DNA from: an uncultured Acidobacteriota bacterium
GTDB lineage: Bacteria; Acidobacteriota; Vicinamibacteria; Vicinamibacterales; UBA2999
Length of the DNA: 64,000 bases
NCBI GenBank assembly: GCA_963786365.1
Contig: CAWAYR010000020.1
Span: 7,623 to 71,622 of the forward strand
Reading direction: 5' to 3'
Of the stretch, positions 37,885 through 47,592 are shown one piece after another. The position numbers and the translations under genes are program-made. How positions within the stretch are numbered: position 1 is the first letter of the stretch; every line of letters begins with the position of its first letter. The notes beneath the pieces were generated by a model. That model saw nothing but the letters and a program-made list of their open reading frames with translations, did not search any database and was not told the origin of the DNA.

Positions 37885-40877
37885 ATGCGCAGTGTTCTCT
37901 TAGGCGTGGGTCTGGCAGTCGTGATTTCCGGCGCAGCGGTGCCGGCGTTCGCCCAACAGGGCACGTCGGAGATCACTGGCCGCGCCCTCGATGAACAGGG
38001 GGCCGCCCTTCCCGGCGTCGCCATCGTCGTCACCAACGAAGACAGTGGGCAGTTCCGCGAGGCCACGACCAGCGCCGAGGGCGTCTACCATCTCGCCTCC
38101 ATGGTGCCGGGCCGCTACCGCATCGTCGCCACGCTCGAAGGGTTCCGCACCTTCGAGCGGACCGGCCTGGTGCTCGCCGTCGGCACCACGATGACCATGA
38201 ACCTCACCATGGCCATTGGCTCGCTCGCCGAATCGGTGACCGTCACCGGCGCCAGCCCGCTCATCGACCTCACCGCCACCGACGTCGGCGGCAACATCGG
38301 CACCGGCGAGCTGGCCGAACTGCCGGCGATGAACCGCAACTACTTCGCCACCGTGGCCCTGCTGCCCGGCGTGCAGTTCTCGCCGTCCACGCAGATGGGC
38401 AACGACACCATCGTCGCCAACGGGCAGTCGAACGCAGAACAACAACGTCTCGGTCGACGGCGGCTACAACGGCGACGACGCGCTGGGCACCAGCTCGGGC
38501 GCCCAGGTGCGCACGCCGCTCGAGGCGATTCAGGAGTTCGAGGTCATCACCAGCATGTACGAGGCCGAGTACGGACGGGCCGGCGGCGCGATCGTCAACG
38601 CGGTCACCAAGAGCGGCACCAACAAGTTCTCGGGCGTGGTGTTCGGCTACGTGGCGAGCAACACCCTGACCGAAAAGGACTACTTCGCCAAGCAGGGCGG
38701 GCTGCCGAAGGCCGAGGTCGAGAAGCGCGAGTGGGGCTTCGTGCTGGGCGGGCCGATCGTCAAGAACAAGGCCCACTTCTTCGTCAGCCTCGAACGCCAG
38801 GTCGACAAGCCGAACCGCACCCGGGTGTTCCCGACCCGGCCCTCGCTCGACTTCTCGATCGTCGAGGACCGCAACGACTGGAACACGATGATCCGCTTCG
38901 ACCACCAGATCAGCTCCAATCACACCTGGGCGGTGCGGTGGCTGCGCGAGCTGGCGCCGCAGTATCCGATCGTCGTCAATCGCTCGACGCTCGACACGTT
39001 CCAGGACGAGACCGACCTCGACCAGACGGCCGTCTTCACGTTCACCAGCGTGCTGGGCGGCACCAAGGTCAACACCTTCCGCTTCGCCAAGACCTGGGAG
39101 CACTGGTGGCACGGCAACGACTGCCCGCGCGCCCAGGGCGGCGGCGACAGCTGGGAGGGGTTCACGTTCGGCGAGGAGGACTCGGGCAATCAGGCGCTGT
39201 GCGCGCCGCAGCTCGACAACATCAGCTTCCTCACCGGCGCCAGCACCGAATCCCAGGGGCCGTGGGACCAGAACTACCAGGTCGAGGACAGCCTCTCGTG
39301 GTTCGTGCCCGGGAAGAGGGGCGACCACAACTTCAAGACCGGCGCGCGCTACAACTGGACCGAGCTGCGGCGCGTCTCGCAGATCAACCAGAACGGCACC
39401 TTCCGCTTCAACACCGACCTGCCGTTCGACGCCGCCAATCCCCGCACCTACCCGAGCGCCTCACCATCCGCATCCCCGGCGCCTACGACGAGACGATGAC
39501 CAACCACACCATCGAGCTGTATCGCGCAGGACAAGTGGCAGATGGGCGACAAGACCACGCTGAGCCTCGGGCTGCGCTACGACCTGGAGCTGTTCCGCGA
39601 CATCGAACCTGGCGACAATCCGCTCTTCGCGCCCGGCCAGAAGACCACGGTCGACAAGAACAACTTCTCGCCGCGCATCGGCTTCACCCGCCAGCTCGAC
39701 GACGGCGGCAAGTCGCTGGTCCGTGCCGGCTACGGCATCTTCTACAACCGCACGCTGCTCGGCGCCCTCGACGACACGATCGAGTTCCCGAAGGTCACGC
39801 CCTCGATCGTCGCGATGTTCCCCAACGACAACGCCGACCCTGGCCCGAGCCGCGGGCAGTTCCCGACCGATCCGTTCCTGGTCAACGGCCCGGTCGTGAA
39901 CCGCGCGCTGCTCGACCAGCTCTATCCGCCCGGGTCGGACGCTCCGCAACACCGGCGTCGTGATCTACGACACGCCGGATCGGCGCCAGCCCTACGCCCA
40001 CCAGATGACCGTCGGTTATGTCCGCGAGCTGGCCTCGTCGCTGGCCGTGCACGCCGACTACGTGCGGATCATGAACCGCGACATGTTCCTGTCGCGCAAC
40101 CTGCTGCCGATGGTGCGGGCCGACACCACGCGCACCGGCGCCATCACCCGCGTCGACGCCTACGGCATCTTCGGCGCCGATGCCGTCAACTACAAGCAGC
40201 AGGTGTGGGTGTTCGAGAACACCGGCGAGTCGACCTACGACGCGCTCAACCTGCAGCTCGAGAAGCGGTATGCCAACCGGTGGTCCGGGCGCATCTCCTA
40301 CTCGCTGTCGAAAGCGAACGGCACGGCCACCGATCAGGCCGACCGCAACACCGACCAGTTCCTGACCGATCTGCGGCTCGACGCCCGCGAAGGGCCGACG
40401 CTGGTCGATCGTCGTCACATCCTGTCGGTCGCCGGCCGCTTCGAGGTGCCCAAGACCGGCGGCATGACCCTGGCGACGACGGCACGGTACATGACCGGCT
40501 CGCCGTACACCATCTACAACAGCAACGTCGACGTCGATCAGAACGGCCAGCTCGACGACCCGGTGCCCGCCGGCACTTACAGCGGCCTCGGCGACAACGG
40601 GCTGAAAGACGTCGAGTACAAGGGCGGACGCAACGGCGCCTACGGCCCCGACTACTTCCAGGTCGATCTCCGGGCCGGATGGCGCCGGCGGATCCAGTCG
40701 CGGACGCTCGAGGCCTTCATCGACGTCTTCAACCTGACCAACCGCACCAACTTCGACAATCCGACGGTGGCGGCTTCGGACCAGCGGACGCCGGCAACCT
40801 TCCTGGTCCTGACCAACCTGCGCGGCGGCAGCGGCTTCCCGCGCTCGGTGCAGTTCGGGATGCGTTTCGCGTTCTGA
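37885..40877 (+). CDS. TonB-dependent receptor, CarboxypepD_reg/Oar-like (at least 5 frameshifts)
   Basis: ATG 37885 follows GAAGGAGG. The leader MRSVLLGVGLAVVISGAAVPAFAQQ is followed by GRALDEQGAALPGVAIVVTNEDSGQFREATTSAEGVYHLASMVPGRYRIV. Colinear pieces are 37858..39963, 38507..39499 (...EFEVITSMYEAEYGRAGGAIVNAVTKSGTN...), 39542..41401 and 39960..40877. It ends ...RSVQFGMRFAF*. Confidence 0.9.
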
Positions 40878-40889
40878 CGTTCGACATCA

Positions 40890-40922
40890 GGTGGACGGCG
40901 CCGGGCGACCGGCCCGTCCACC
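40890..40922 (+). terminator. Strong GC hairpin 13 nt after the TonB-receptor stop
   Basis: The element is ggtggacgg-c-gccgg-gcga-ccggc-ccgtccacc. It has 9 + 5 bp arms with a one-base bulge and a 4-nt loop. There is no U-tract. Confidence 0.5.
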
Positions 40923-40964
40923 GCACAGCGCGACTCGGGCGACGCGTCCAGGCCAGGACGCCAC

Positions 40965-41016
40965 GTAGGGCGGCTCTTTCGAGCTGCGTCGAGGCAGAGC
41001 TGAAGCTCTGCCCTAC
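40965..41016. repeat. Inverted doublet of REP-like GTAG-headed hairpins
   Basis: gtagggcggctctttcgagctgcg (40965-40988) + tcga + ggcagagctgaagctctgccctac (40993-41016). The reverse complement of the second unit, gtagggcagagcttcagctctgcc, matches the 33537 copy at 19/24 positions. The differences are paired across the stem. Confidence 0.5.
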
Positions 41017-41085
41017 AATCGAAAAACACTCTAGACTCCTGGACCGGACGGGCACCCTCGCCGCCCGAGCTTCGAGGACTCCAAC

Positions 41086-42529
41086 ATGGCCAAACCGACG
41101 GCAGACATGGGCACGGGACTGCAGCACGCCAGCCGCCGCCATTTCTTCAAGCTGCTCGCCGGCAGCCCGCTGCTTGCCACGGCCTACCCCGCGTTGTCGC
41201 CGGCCTGGCAGCAGGAGGTGCGGGCGGCGTGGCAGCAGGCGCGCACTGCCGCCTCGCACGCGGGCACGGCCACCTGCGCCGAGTGCGGCCAGACCTTCGC
41301 CCTGCAGCCGTCGCACACCCCTGACGCGTTCGCGGCACAGACGGCACCGGCGCCGGCGCAGCCGCCCGGGGCACTCGACGTGCATTTCTCAGGGCAGCTG
41401 ATCGACACGGCCGGCGAAGCGATCAACGTCTGGGACCTCGAGCGCGTCGCCTACGCCAACACCCTGCCCCAGCACTGGAACTACATCCACATGGGCGTCG
41501 ACGACCTGGAGACGCGGTTCGCCAACCGCCAGGGCTTCCAGCGCATCGCGCTGCGCCCGCGCCGGCTCGGACCCGACGTGCCCAAGCTCGACACCGCGGT
41601 GACGCTGTTCGGCAAGCGCTGGAACACGCCCCTGTTCCTGTGCCCGGTGGCGGCGCTCGAGGCCTACCACACGCAGGGCGAGAGCGGCGCGGCGCGGGCG
41701 GCCAAGGCCCGCGGCATCCTGCAGATGCAGTCGCACCAGAGCTCGCAGTCCTACGAAGCGATCGCCGAGGCGCGCGGCGAGCCGCACTGGTTCCAGCTCT
41801 ATGCGAATCAGGACTGGGACATCAACAAGCGGACGCTCGACAAGGTCAAGGCCGCCGGGTGCCCGGTGGTCGTGTGGACGATTGACCTGCTCGGCGGCAG
41901 CAACCGCGAGCTGTCGCGCCGGTCGCAGGGCAAAGACAACTACGACCGCCCGCTGTGCCAGAGCTGCCACCAGCACAAGGCAGGGCTACCAGCGGCCGAT
42001 GCACCGCGACGTCTCGGGCCCGCCCGGGCCGCGTCCGCCGTTCGACTGGGACTACATCAAGCGGCTGCGCGACGCCACCCAGATGAAGGTGGTGCTGAAG
42101 GGCATCGTCACCCGCGAAGAGGCGGAGCTGGCGGTGGAGCATGGCGCCGACGCGGTGTTCGTCTCCAACCACGGCGGCCGGGCCGAGAACGCCCTGCGCG
42201 GGTCGATCGACTGTCTGCCCGAGGTCGTCGCCGGCGTGAAGGGCCGCATGCCGGTGCTCATCGACAGCGGCGTGCGCCGCGGCGCCGACATCTTCAAGGC
42301 CCTGGCGCTCGGTGCCGACGCCGTCGGCATCGGCCGGCCCTACGTCTGGGGCCTCGGCGCGTTCGGCCAGGAGGGCGTCGACAAGGTGATCGACATCCTG
42401 CTCGACGAGTTCACGATGGTGATGCGCCAGACCCGCACCGCGACCCTCGACCAGATCGGGCCGCAGTTCGTGCTGCCGGGGCAGCCGCCGATCATGATGC
42501 GGCAGAACACCCAGGGATTCGGGCTGTGA
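41086..42529 (+). CDS. FMN-dependent alpha-hydroxy-acid dehydrogenase/oxidase family protein with a Tat leader and N-terminal extension (one frameshift near 41980)
   Basis: ORF 41086..43080 starts MAKPTADMGTGLQHASRRHFFKLLAGSPLLATAYP... followed by ...TATCAECGQTF.... The core follows (NVWDLERVAYANTLPQHWNYIHMGVDD...FLCPVAA...WFQLY...). It continues in ORF 41801..42529 (...VVLKGIVTREEA...GADAVFVSNHGGR...VLIDSGVRRGADIFKALALGADAVGIGRPYVWGL...). Confidence 0.85.
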
Positions 42530-43080
42530 CGGCCCGCGTCCTCGCCGGGTGCGCGGTGCTGGCGCTGGGGCTGCCGGCGACCATCGCCGCCCAGACCTCG
42601 ACCGTCGACTTCAGCATCTCGGGTTCGTCGACGGTGCGGAACTGGACCTGCACCGCCCAGGGCACGATCGCGGTCACGCCGGCCACCGCCGGCACACCGG
42701 TGCCGGGCTTCGACAAGGGCGTGCAATCGGCCACGGTCACCGTACCGCTCAAGGCGTTCCAGTGTCCGGACGCGGAGATGACCCAGCATCTGAACGAGGC
42801 GATGAAGTCGGACAAGTTCCCCGAGGTCGTCTATCGCCTCGAGAAGTACGAGATCGCCGCCGGGCAGCCGCAGGCGGCCGGCACGCTGACGGTCACCGGG
42901 GTCACGCGACCGGTCACCTTTCCGATCACGCTGACCGCGGTGGACAAGGGCGTGCAGGTCGCGGGCAACACCCGGGTCGAATTCGCGACCTTCGGCCTGG
43001 AGCCGCCGGCGGTGTTCCTCGGCATGCTGAAGGTGGGGCCGCAGCTCCGCATCGAGTTCAAGGGGCTGGTCGCGCGCTGA
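42526..43080 (+). CDS. YceI-family periplasmic protein
   Basis: The GTG overlaps the preceding stop (GTGA at 42526-42529). It reads VTARVLAGCAVLALGLPATIAAQTSTVDFSISGSSTVRNWTC...SDKFPEVVYRLEKYE...GTLTVTGVTRPVTFPITL...LRIEFKGLVAR*. This is the tail of ORF 41086..43080. Confidence 0.85.
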   Translation: MTARVLAGCAVLALGLPATIAAQTSTVDFSISGSSTVRNWTCTAQGTIAVTPATAGTPVPGFDKGVQSATVTVPLKAFQCPDAEMTQHLNEAMKSDKFPEVVYRLEKYEIAAGQPQAAGTLTVTGVTRPVTFPITLTAVDKGVQVAGNTRVEFATFGLEPPAVFLGMLKVGPQLRIEFKGLVAR

Positions 43081-43176
43081 CCGGCGCGCCGGCGCCCGCC
43101 AGGTACTCCTCGATCGATTGGACGTGTCGCGCCAGGCCGTCGCGGTAGCGATCGCCGCCGTAAGGGTTGAGGCCGC

Positions 43177-46100
43177 CTAGAGGCCGCGGCCCTCGGCCGA
43201 ACGCTGCAGGACCGGCGGCGCGTCAGCCAGCGCCGGCACGGGATGCGACACCGCGCTCTCCCGTTCTGGCGCCGTCGCCCGACGGCGGCTCAGCCGCAGG
43301 CGCAGGTTCTCGATGTACACGTAGTAGACGGGCGTGATGTAGAGCGTGAGCACCTGAGAGACCAGCAGCCCGCCGACGACCGCCAGGCCGAGCGGCCGTC
43401 GCGACTCGCCGCCGGCGCCCCATCCAAAGGCGATCGGCAGCGTCCCGACCAGGGCGCACATCGTCGTCATCATGATCGGCCGGAAGCGCACCAGGCAGGC
43501 TTCGTGGATGGCCTCGAGCGGCGTCTTGCCGTGCTCACGCTCGGCCACCGCGGCGAAGTCGACCATCATGATGCCGTTCTTCTTCACCAGGCCGACGAGC
43601 ATGATCACGCCGACGAAGGCGTAGAGGCTCAGGTCGCTCTTGAACAGCAGGAGCGTCGCCAGGGCGCCGAAGCCGGCGGCCGGCAGGCCCGACAGGATCA
43701 CCAGCGGCTGCGTGAAGCTCTCGTAGAGGATGCCGAGCACGAGATAGATGACCACGATGGCCATCAGGAGGATCAGGCCGAGGCCACGCAGCGAGTCCTG
43801 GAACGCCTGGGCGGTGCCCTGGAACCGGGTCGACACGGTGGCCGGCAGCGCCGCCGCCGCCTCGGCCTGGATCCGCGAGACGGCGTCGCCGAGCGCGTAG
43901 CCCGGCGCCAGGTTGAACGAGATCGTCACCGACGGCAGCTGCCCGGTGTGCCCGACGCTGAGCGGCCCGGCGCCGATCGTCACCTTGGCCAGCGTGTTCA
44001 ACGGGATCAGCTTGCCGCTCGACGAGCGCACGTAGAGCATCGACAGCGCCGCCGGGTTGCGCTGGAACTCCGGGGCGACGCCCATGATCACCTGGTATTG
44101 GTTGTTGGGGGCGAAGATCTGCGACACCTGGCGGGTGCCGTAGGCGTTGTAGAGGGCGGTCTCGACCTGGTTGACGTTCAGGCCGAGCGCCGAGATGCGA
44201 TCGCGATCCATCTCGATCTGGACCTGCGGGTTGTTGAGGCGCAGATCGCTGTTGACGTCGGTGATGCCGGGAATCTCCCGCATCCGCGCCTCGAGCAGCG
44301 GCGCCGACCGGTAGAGCACCTCGGTGTCGGTGTCCTGCAGCGTGAACTGGTAGACGCTGCGCGCGCCCTGCTGGCCGCCGAGGTTGATCGGCGGCTGGTT
44401 GACCATGAACACGCGCACGCCCGGCACCTGGGCGACCTTCGGTCGCAGGTCGGCGATGATCTGGTCGACCGAGCGGGTCCGCTCGCTGACGCGGCTTGAG
44501 GTCGACGCCCATGCGGCCCTGGTTCAGCTGCACCGCCGCCGCCCCCGCCGCCGCCACCGCCGCCGATGTTGTTGCTGAAGCCGACGATGTCGGGGTCCTG
44601 GGCGACGATCTCGGCCACCTCCATCTGGTGGCGCAGCATCTCGTCGAAGCCGATGCCCTGGATGCCCTCGACGCTGATCTGGAAGCGGCCCTGATCCTCG
44701 CTCGGCAGGAAGCCCTTCGGCACCATCAGGAACAGGTAGGCCGAGCCGGCGACCAGCACCAGCGACACGGCCAGCGTCAGCGCGCGGTACTTGCAGGCTG
44801 AGCCGCAGCGACCAGTCGTAGGACCGCACCCAGAGCGTCGAAGAGCCGCTCGGTGAAGTTGAACAGCCAGCCGTGGCTGTGGCTGGCGGGCTCAGGAACC
44901 GGCTGCACAGCATCGGCGTCAGGCTGATCGAGACGAAGCCCGAGACGATGATCGCCACCGCGATGGTGACCGCGAACTCCTCGAGCAGCCGGCCGACCAG
45001 GCCGCCCATGAACAGCACCGGGATGAAGATCGCGACCAGCGACGCGGTCATCGCCACGATGGTGAAGGCGACCTCGCGCGAGCCGTCGAACGACGCTTCC
45101 CGCGGCGACTTGCCCATCTCCATGTGCCGGACGATGTTCTCCAGCATCACGATGGTGTTGTCGACGACGAAGCCGACGCTCAACGTCAACGCCATCAGCG
45201 ACAGGTTGTCCAGGCTGTAGTTGAGCAGGTACATGACCGCGAAGGTCGCGGCCATCGACACCGGCAGCGTCACGCTGGCGATGATCGTCGCGGTGACGTT
45301 GCGCAGGAAGCCGAAGATCACCGCCACGACCAGCACGAAGGTCAGCATCAGCGTCAGCTTGACGTCGTGCACCGACTCGCGGATCGACGCCGAGCGGTCG
45401 GTGCGGACGTCGAGCAGGACCGACCGGCGGCAGCTGCTCGCGGAAGGTCGGCATCAGCGTCTTGATGGCGTCGACCACGGCGACGACGTTCGAGCCGGGC
45501 TGCTTCAGGATCGCCAGGTTGATGTTGCGCTGGCCCCTGGTAGAAGTTCGCCGACTTGTCCTGCTCGATGCCGTCGTAGACCCGGGCCACCTTCGTGCAG
45601 CCGCACCGGGTTGCCGTTGCGGTAGGCGATGACGACCGGCTGCGTAGGCCGCGGCCCGCATCAGCTGCCCGTTGGCGAGCACGGTGAAGGCGCGGTCGGG
45701 CCCGTAGATGGTCCCGGTCGGCAGGTTGACGTTGGCGGTCTGGATCGCGGTCGCGACCTCGTCGATGCCGATGCCGCGGGCCGACAGCCGGCGCGGGTCG
45801 ACGTCGATGCGCACCGCGTAGCTGGGCGGCGCCGAAGAGCTGCACCTGCGCGACGCCGCTGACCATCGAGATGCGCTGGCCGATGGTCTCGGCGTACTCG
45901 TTGACGGTGGAGAGCGGCAAGCGTCGCCGAGCGCAGCGTCAGGAAGATCACCGGCTGGTCGCCGGGGTTGACCTTCTGGTACGACGGCGGCGACGGCATC
46001 TGCGGCGGCAGCTGCCGCGCGGCCCGCGCGATCATCGCCTGCACGTCCTGGGCGGCGGCGTCGATGTTGCGGCTGAGGCGAACTGCAGCGTGATGTTGGT

Positions 46101-46363
46101 GTTGCCCTGGGTGCTGGTCGAGTTGACCGCGTCGAGCCCGGCGATGGTCGCAAACTGCTTCTCGAGCGGCAGCGCCACCGCCGAGGCCATGGTCTCGGGG
46201 CTGGCCCCGGGCAGGCCGGCCTGCACCTGGATGGTCGGGAAGTCGACCGTCGGCAGGTCGCTCACCGGCAGCGGCGGTAGGACATCACCCCGAAGACGGT
46301 GATGCCCAGCATCAGCAGCGTGGTGGTGATCGGCCGCTTGATGAAGAGCTCGGCGATGTTCAT
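43177..46363 (-). CDS. RND efflux transporter, AcrB/HAE1-like inner-membrane pump (at least 6 frameshifts)
   Basis: ATG 46363 gives [47 protein letters not shown].... Colinear pieces lie in ORFs 46032..46655, 44777..46153, 45354..45920, 44524..45372 (...[17 protein letters not shown]...), 44178..44768 and 43177..44427 (...[17 protein letters not shown]...[14 protein letters not shown]...). Confidence 0.9.
44533..44565. repeat. GGC/GCC-type triplet tract encoding a poly-Gly run inside the RND gene
   Basis: The tract is ccgccgccgcccccgccgccgccaccgccgccg. ORF 44178..44768 reads ...[17 protein letters not shown] through it, and the reading frame of the pump changes within or next to the tract (the next piece starts ...[17 protein letters not shown]). 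Confidence 0.55.
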
Positions 46364-47503
46364 GATCCCGCCTTTGGCCTCGCCGGCCGCGCGCTGCGTC
46401 ACTCGGCCGCCCGGCACCAGCCGCAGGTGTCCGTCGGTGACGACGGTGTCGCCGGCGGCGAGCCCGGTGGCGATCATCGTCTCGGCGCCGGCCACGCGCG
46501 CGACGGTGACGGCACGCAGCTCCACGGTCTGGTCCGGCGTGACGACGTAGACATAGCTGCCGTCGGGACCGGTCTGGACGGCGACCGACGGCACGACAAT
46601 CGCCGCCGACTCGGTGGCCAGCCGGACGACGACGTTGACGAACTGTCCGGGCCACAGCGCGCGGTTCTCGTTGGCGAAGGTCCCCTTGACCTTGATCGTC
46701 CCGGTCGTCTGATCGACGGCGTTGTCGACGAAGGTGATGTGGCCGACGGCGGCGGCCCGTCGCTGCCGGTCGGACGGGCCTCGACGCGCAGCGATCCGCG
46801 GTCCAGATAGCGGCGCAGCGCCGACAGCGACGCTTCGGGGAAGGCGAACGAGACGAAGATCGGCGACACCTGGTTGATGGTGACCAGCGGCGTCTGGTCG
46901 TTGGCCCGCACCAGGTTGCCGGCGGTGACCATCAGGGCGCCGGTCCGGCCCTGGATCGGCGCGCGGATGGTGGCGTACTGGAGCTGCACCTTGGCGTTCT
47001 CGACGGCGGCGCGGTCGGCGGCGAGCGTGCCCTCGAGCGCGGCCACGGTGGCCCGGGCGGTGTCGCGCTGCTCGCGGGCGAGGATGCCGCGCTCGACCAG
47101 CTGCTCGTAGCGCTCGGAGAATCGCGCGGGCGTTGCCGGCCTGCGCGGTGTCGCGCTGCAGGTTGGCTTCGGCCTGCAGCAGCGCCGCTTCGAGCGGCCG
47201 CCGGTCGAGCGTGAACAGCTCCTGCCCCGCCTCGACGTCGTCGCCCTGCTGGAACTTCACCGTGGTCAGCTCGCCGGTGATCTGCGCCCGCACCGTCACC
47301 GTCGAGTAGGCCTCGACGGTGCCGATGACGCCCATCTCGAGCGGGACGTCCTTGCGGACCGCGGCGGCGGTGGCCACCGGCACCGCCGGCGGCGGACCAG
47401 CCGGTTGCGGTTGCTGGGCCTCACCGCGCGAGCAGGCCGAGACCGCGGCGGCAGGGCACCCATCAGCAGCCCGCTGCGACAGACCATGCGCGAATTGCAT
47501 CAT
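46360..47503 (-). CDS. RND membrane-fusion (periplasmic adaptor) lipoprotein, AcrA-like (at least 3 frameshifts)
   Basis: ORF 46262..47503 has lipobox AAAVSAC, then ...[57 protein letters not shown].... ORF 46474..47046 gives ...[19 protein letters not shown]...[15 protein letters not shown].... The sense then returns to the first frame ...[25 protein letters not shown].... The stop probably overlaps the pump ATG (ATGA at 46360-46363). Confidence 0.85.
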
Positions 47504-47592
47504 CTGAGCCTTTGGAAAATCGACGTCGGCGAGCCATTAGAGCACAGGGCGTTCGGACGCGTTGTAACAGGATGAAACGCCGAAACGGGCCG

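Noticed and set aside
41013-41018. A TACAAT -10-like hexamer in a locally AT-richer stretch upstream of the FMN-dehydrogenase gene.
   Set aside because: Its first four bases (CTAC) are the inverted GTAG head of the REP-like hairpin B2. No acceptable -35 lies at the proper spacing.
41086-43080. The 664-aa ORF 41086..43080 and the 646-aa ORF 58750..60690 (-) taken as single proteins.
   Set aside because: In the first, the N-terminal third is the FMN dehydrogenase, the middle is out-of-frame junk and the last 184 codons are a separate YceI gene (GTGA overlap). In the second, only the C-terminal ~270 codons are real (N-terminus of the TPR-like protein). The rest is antisense to the D-aminoacylase gene.
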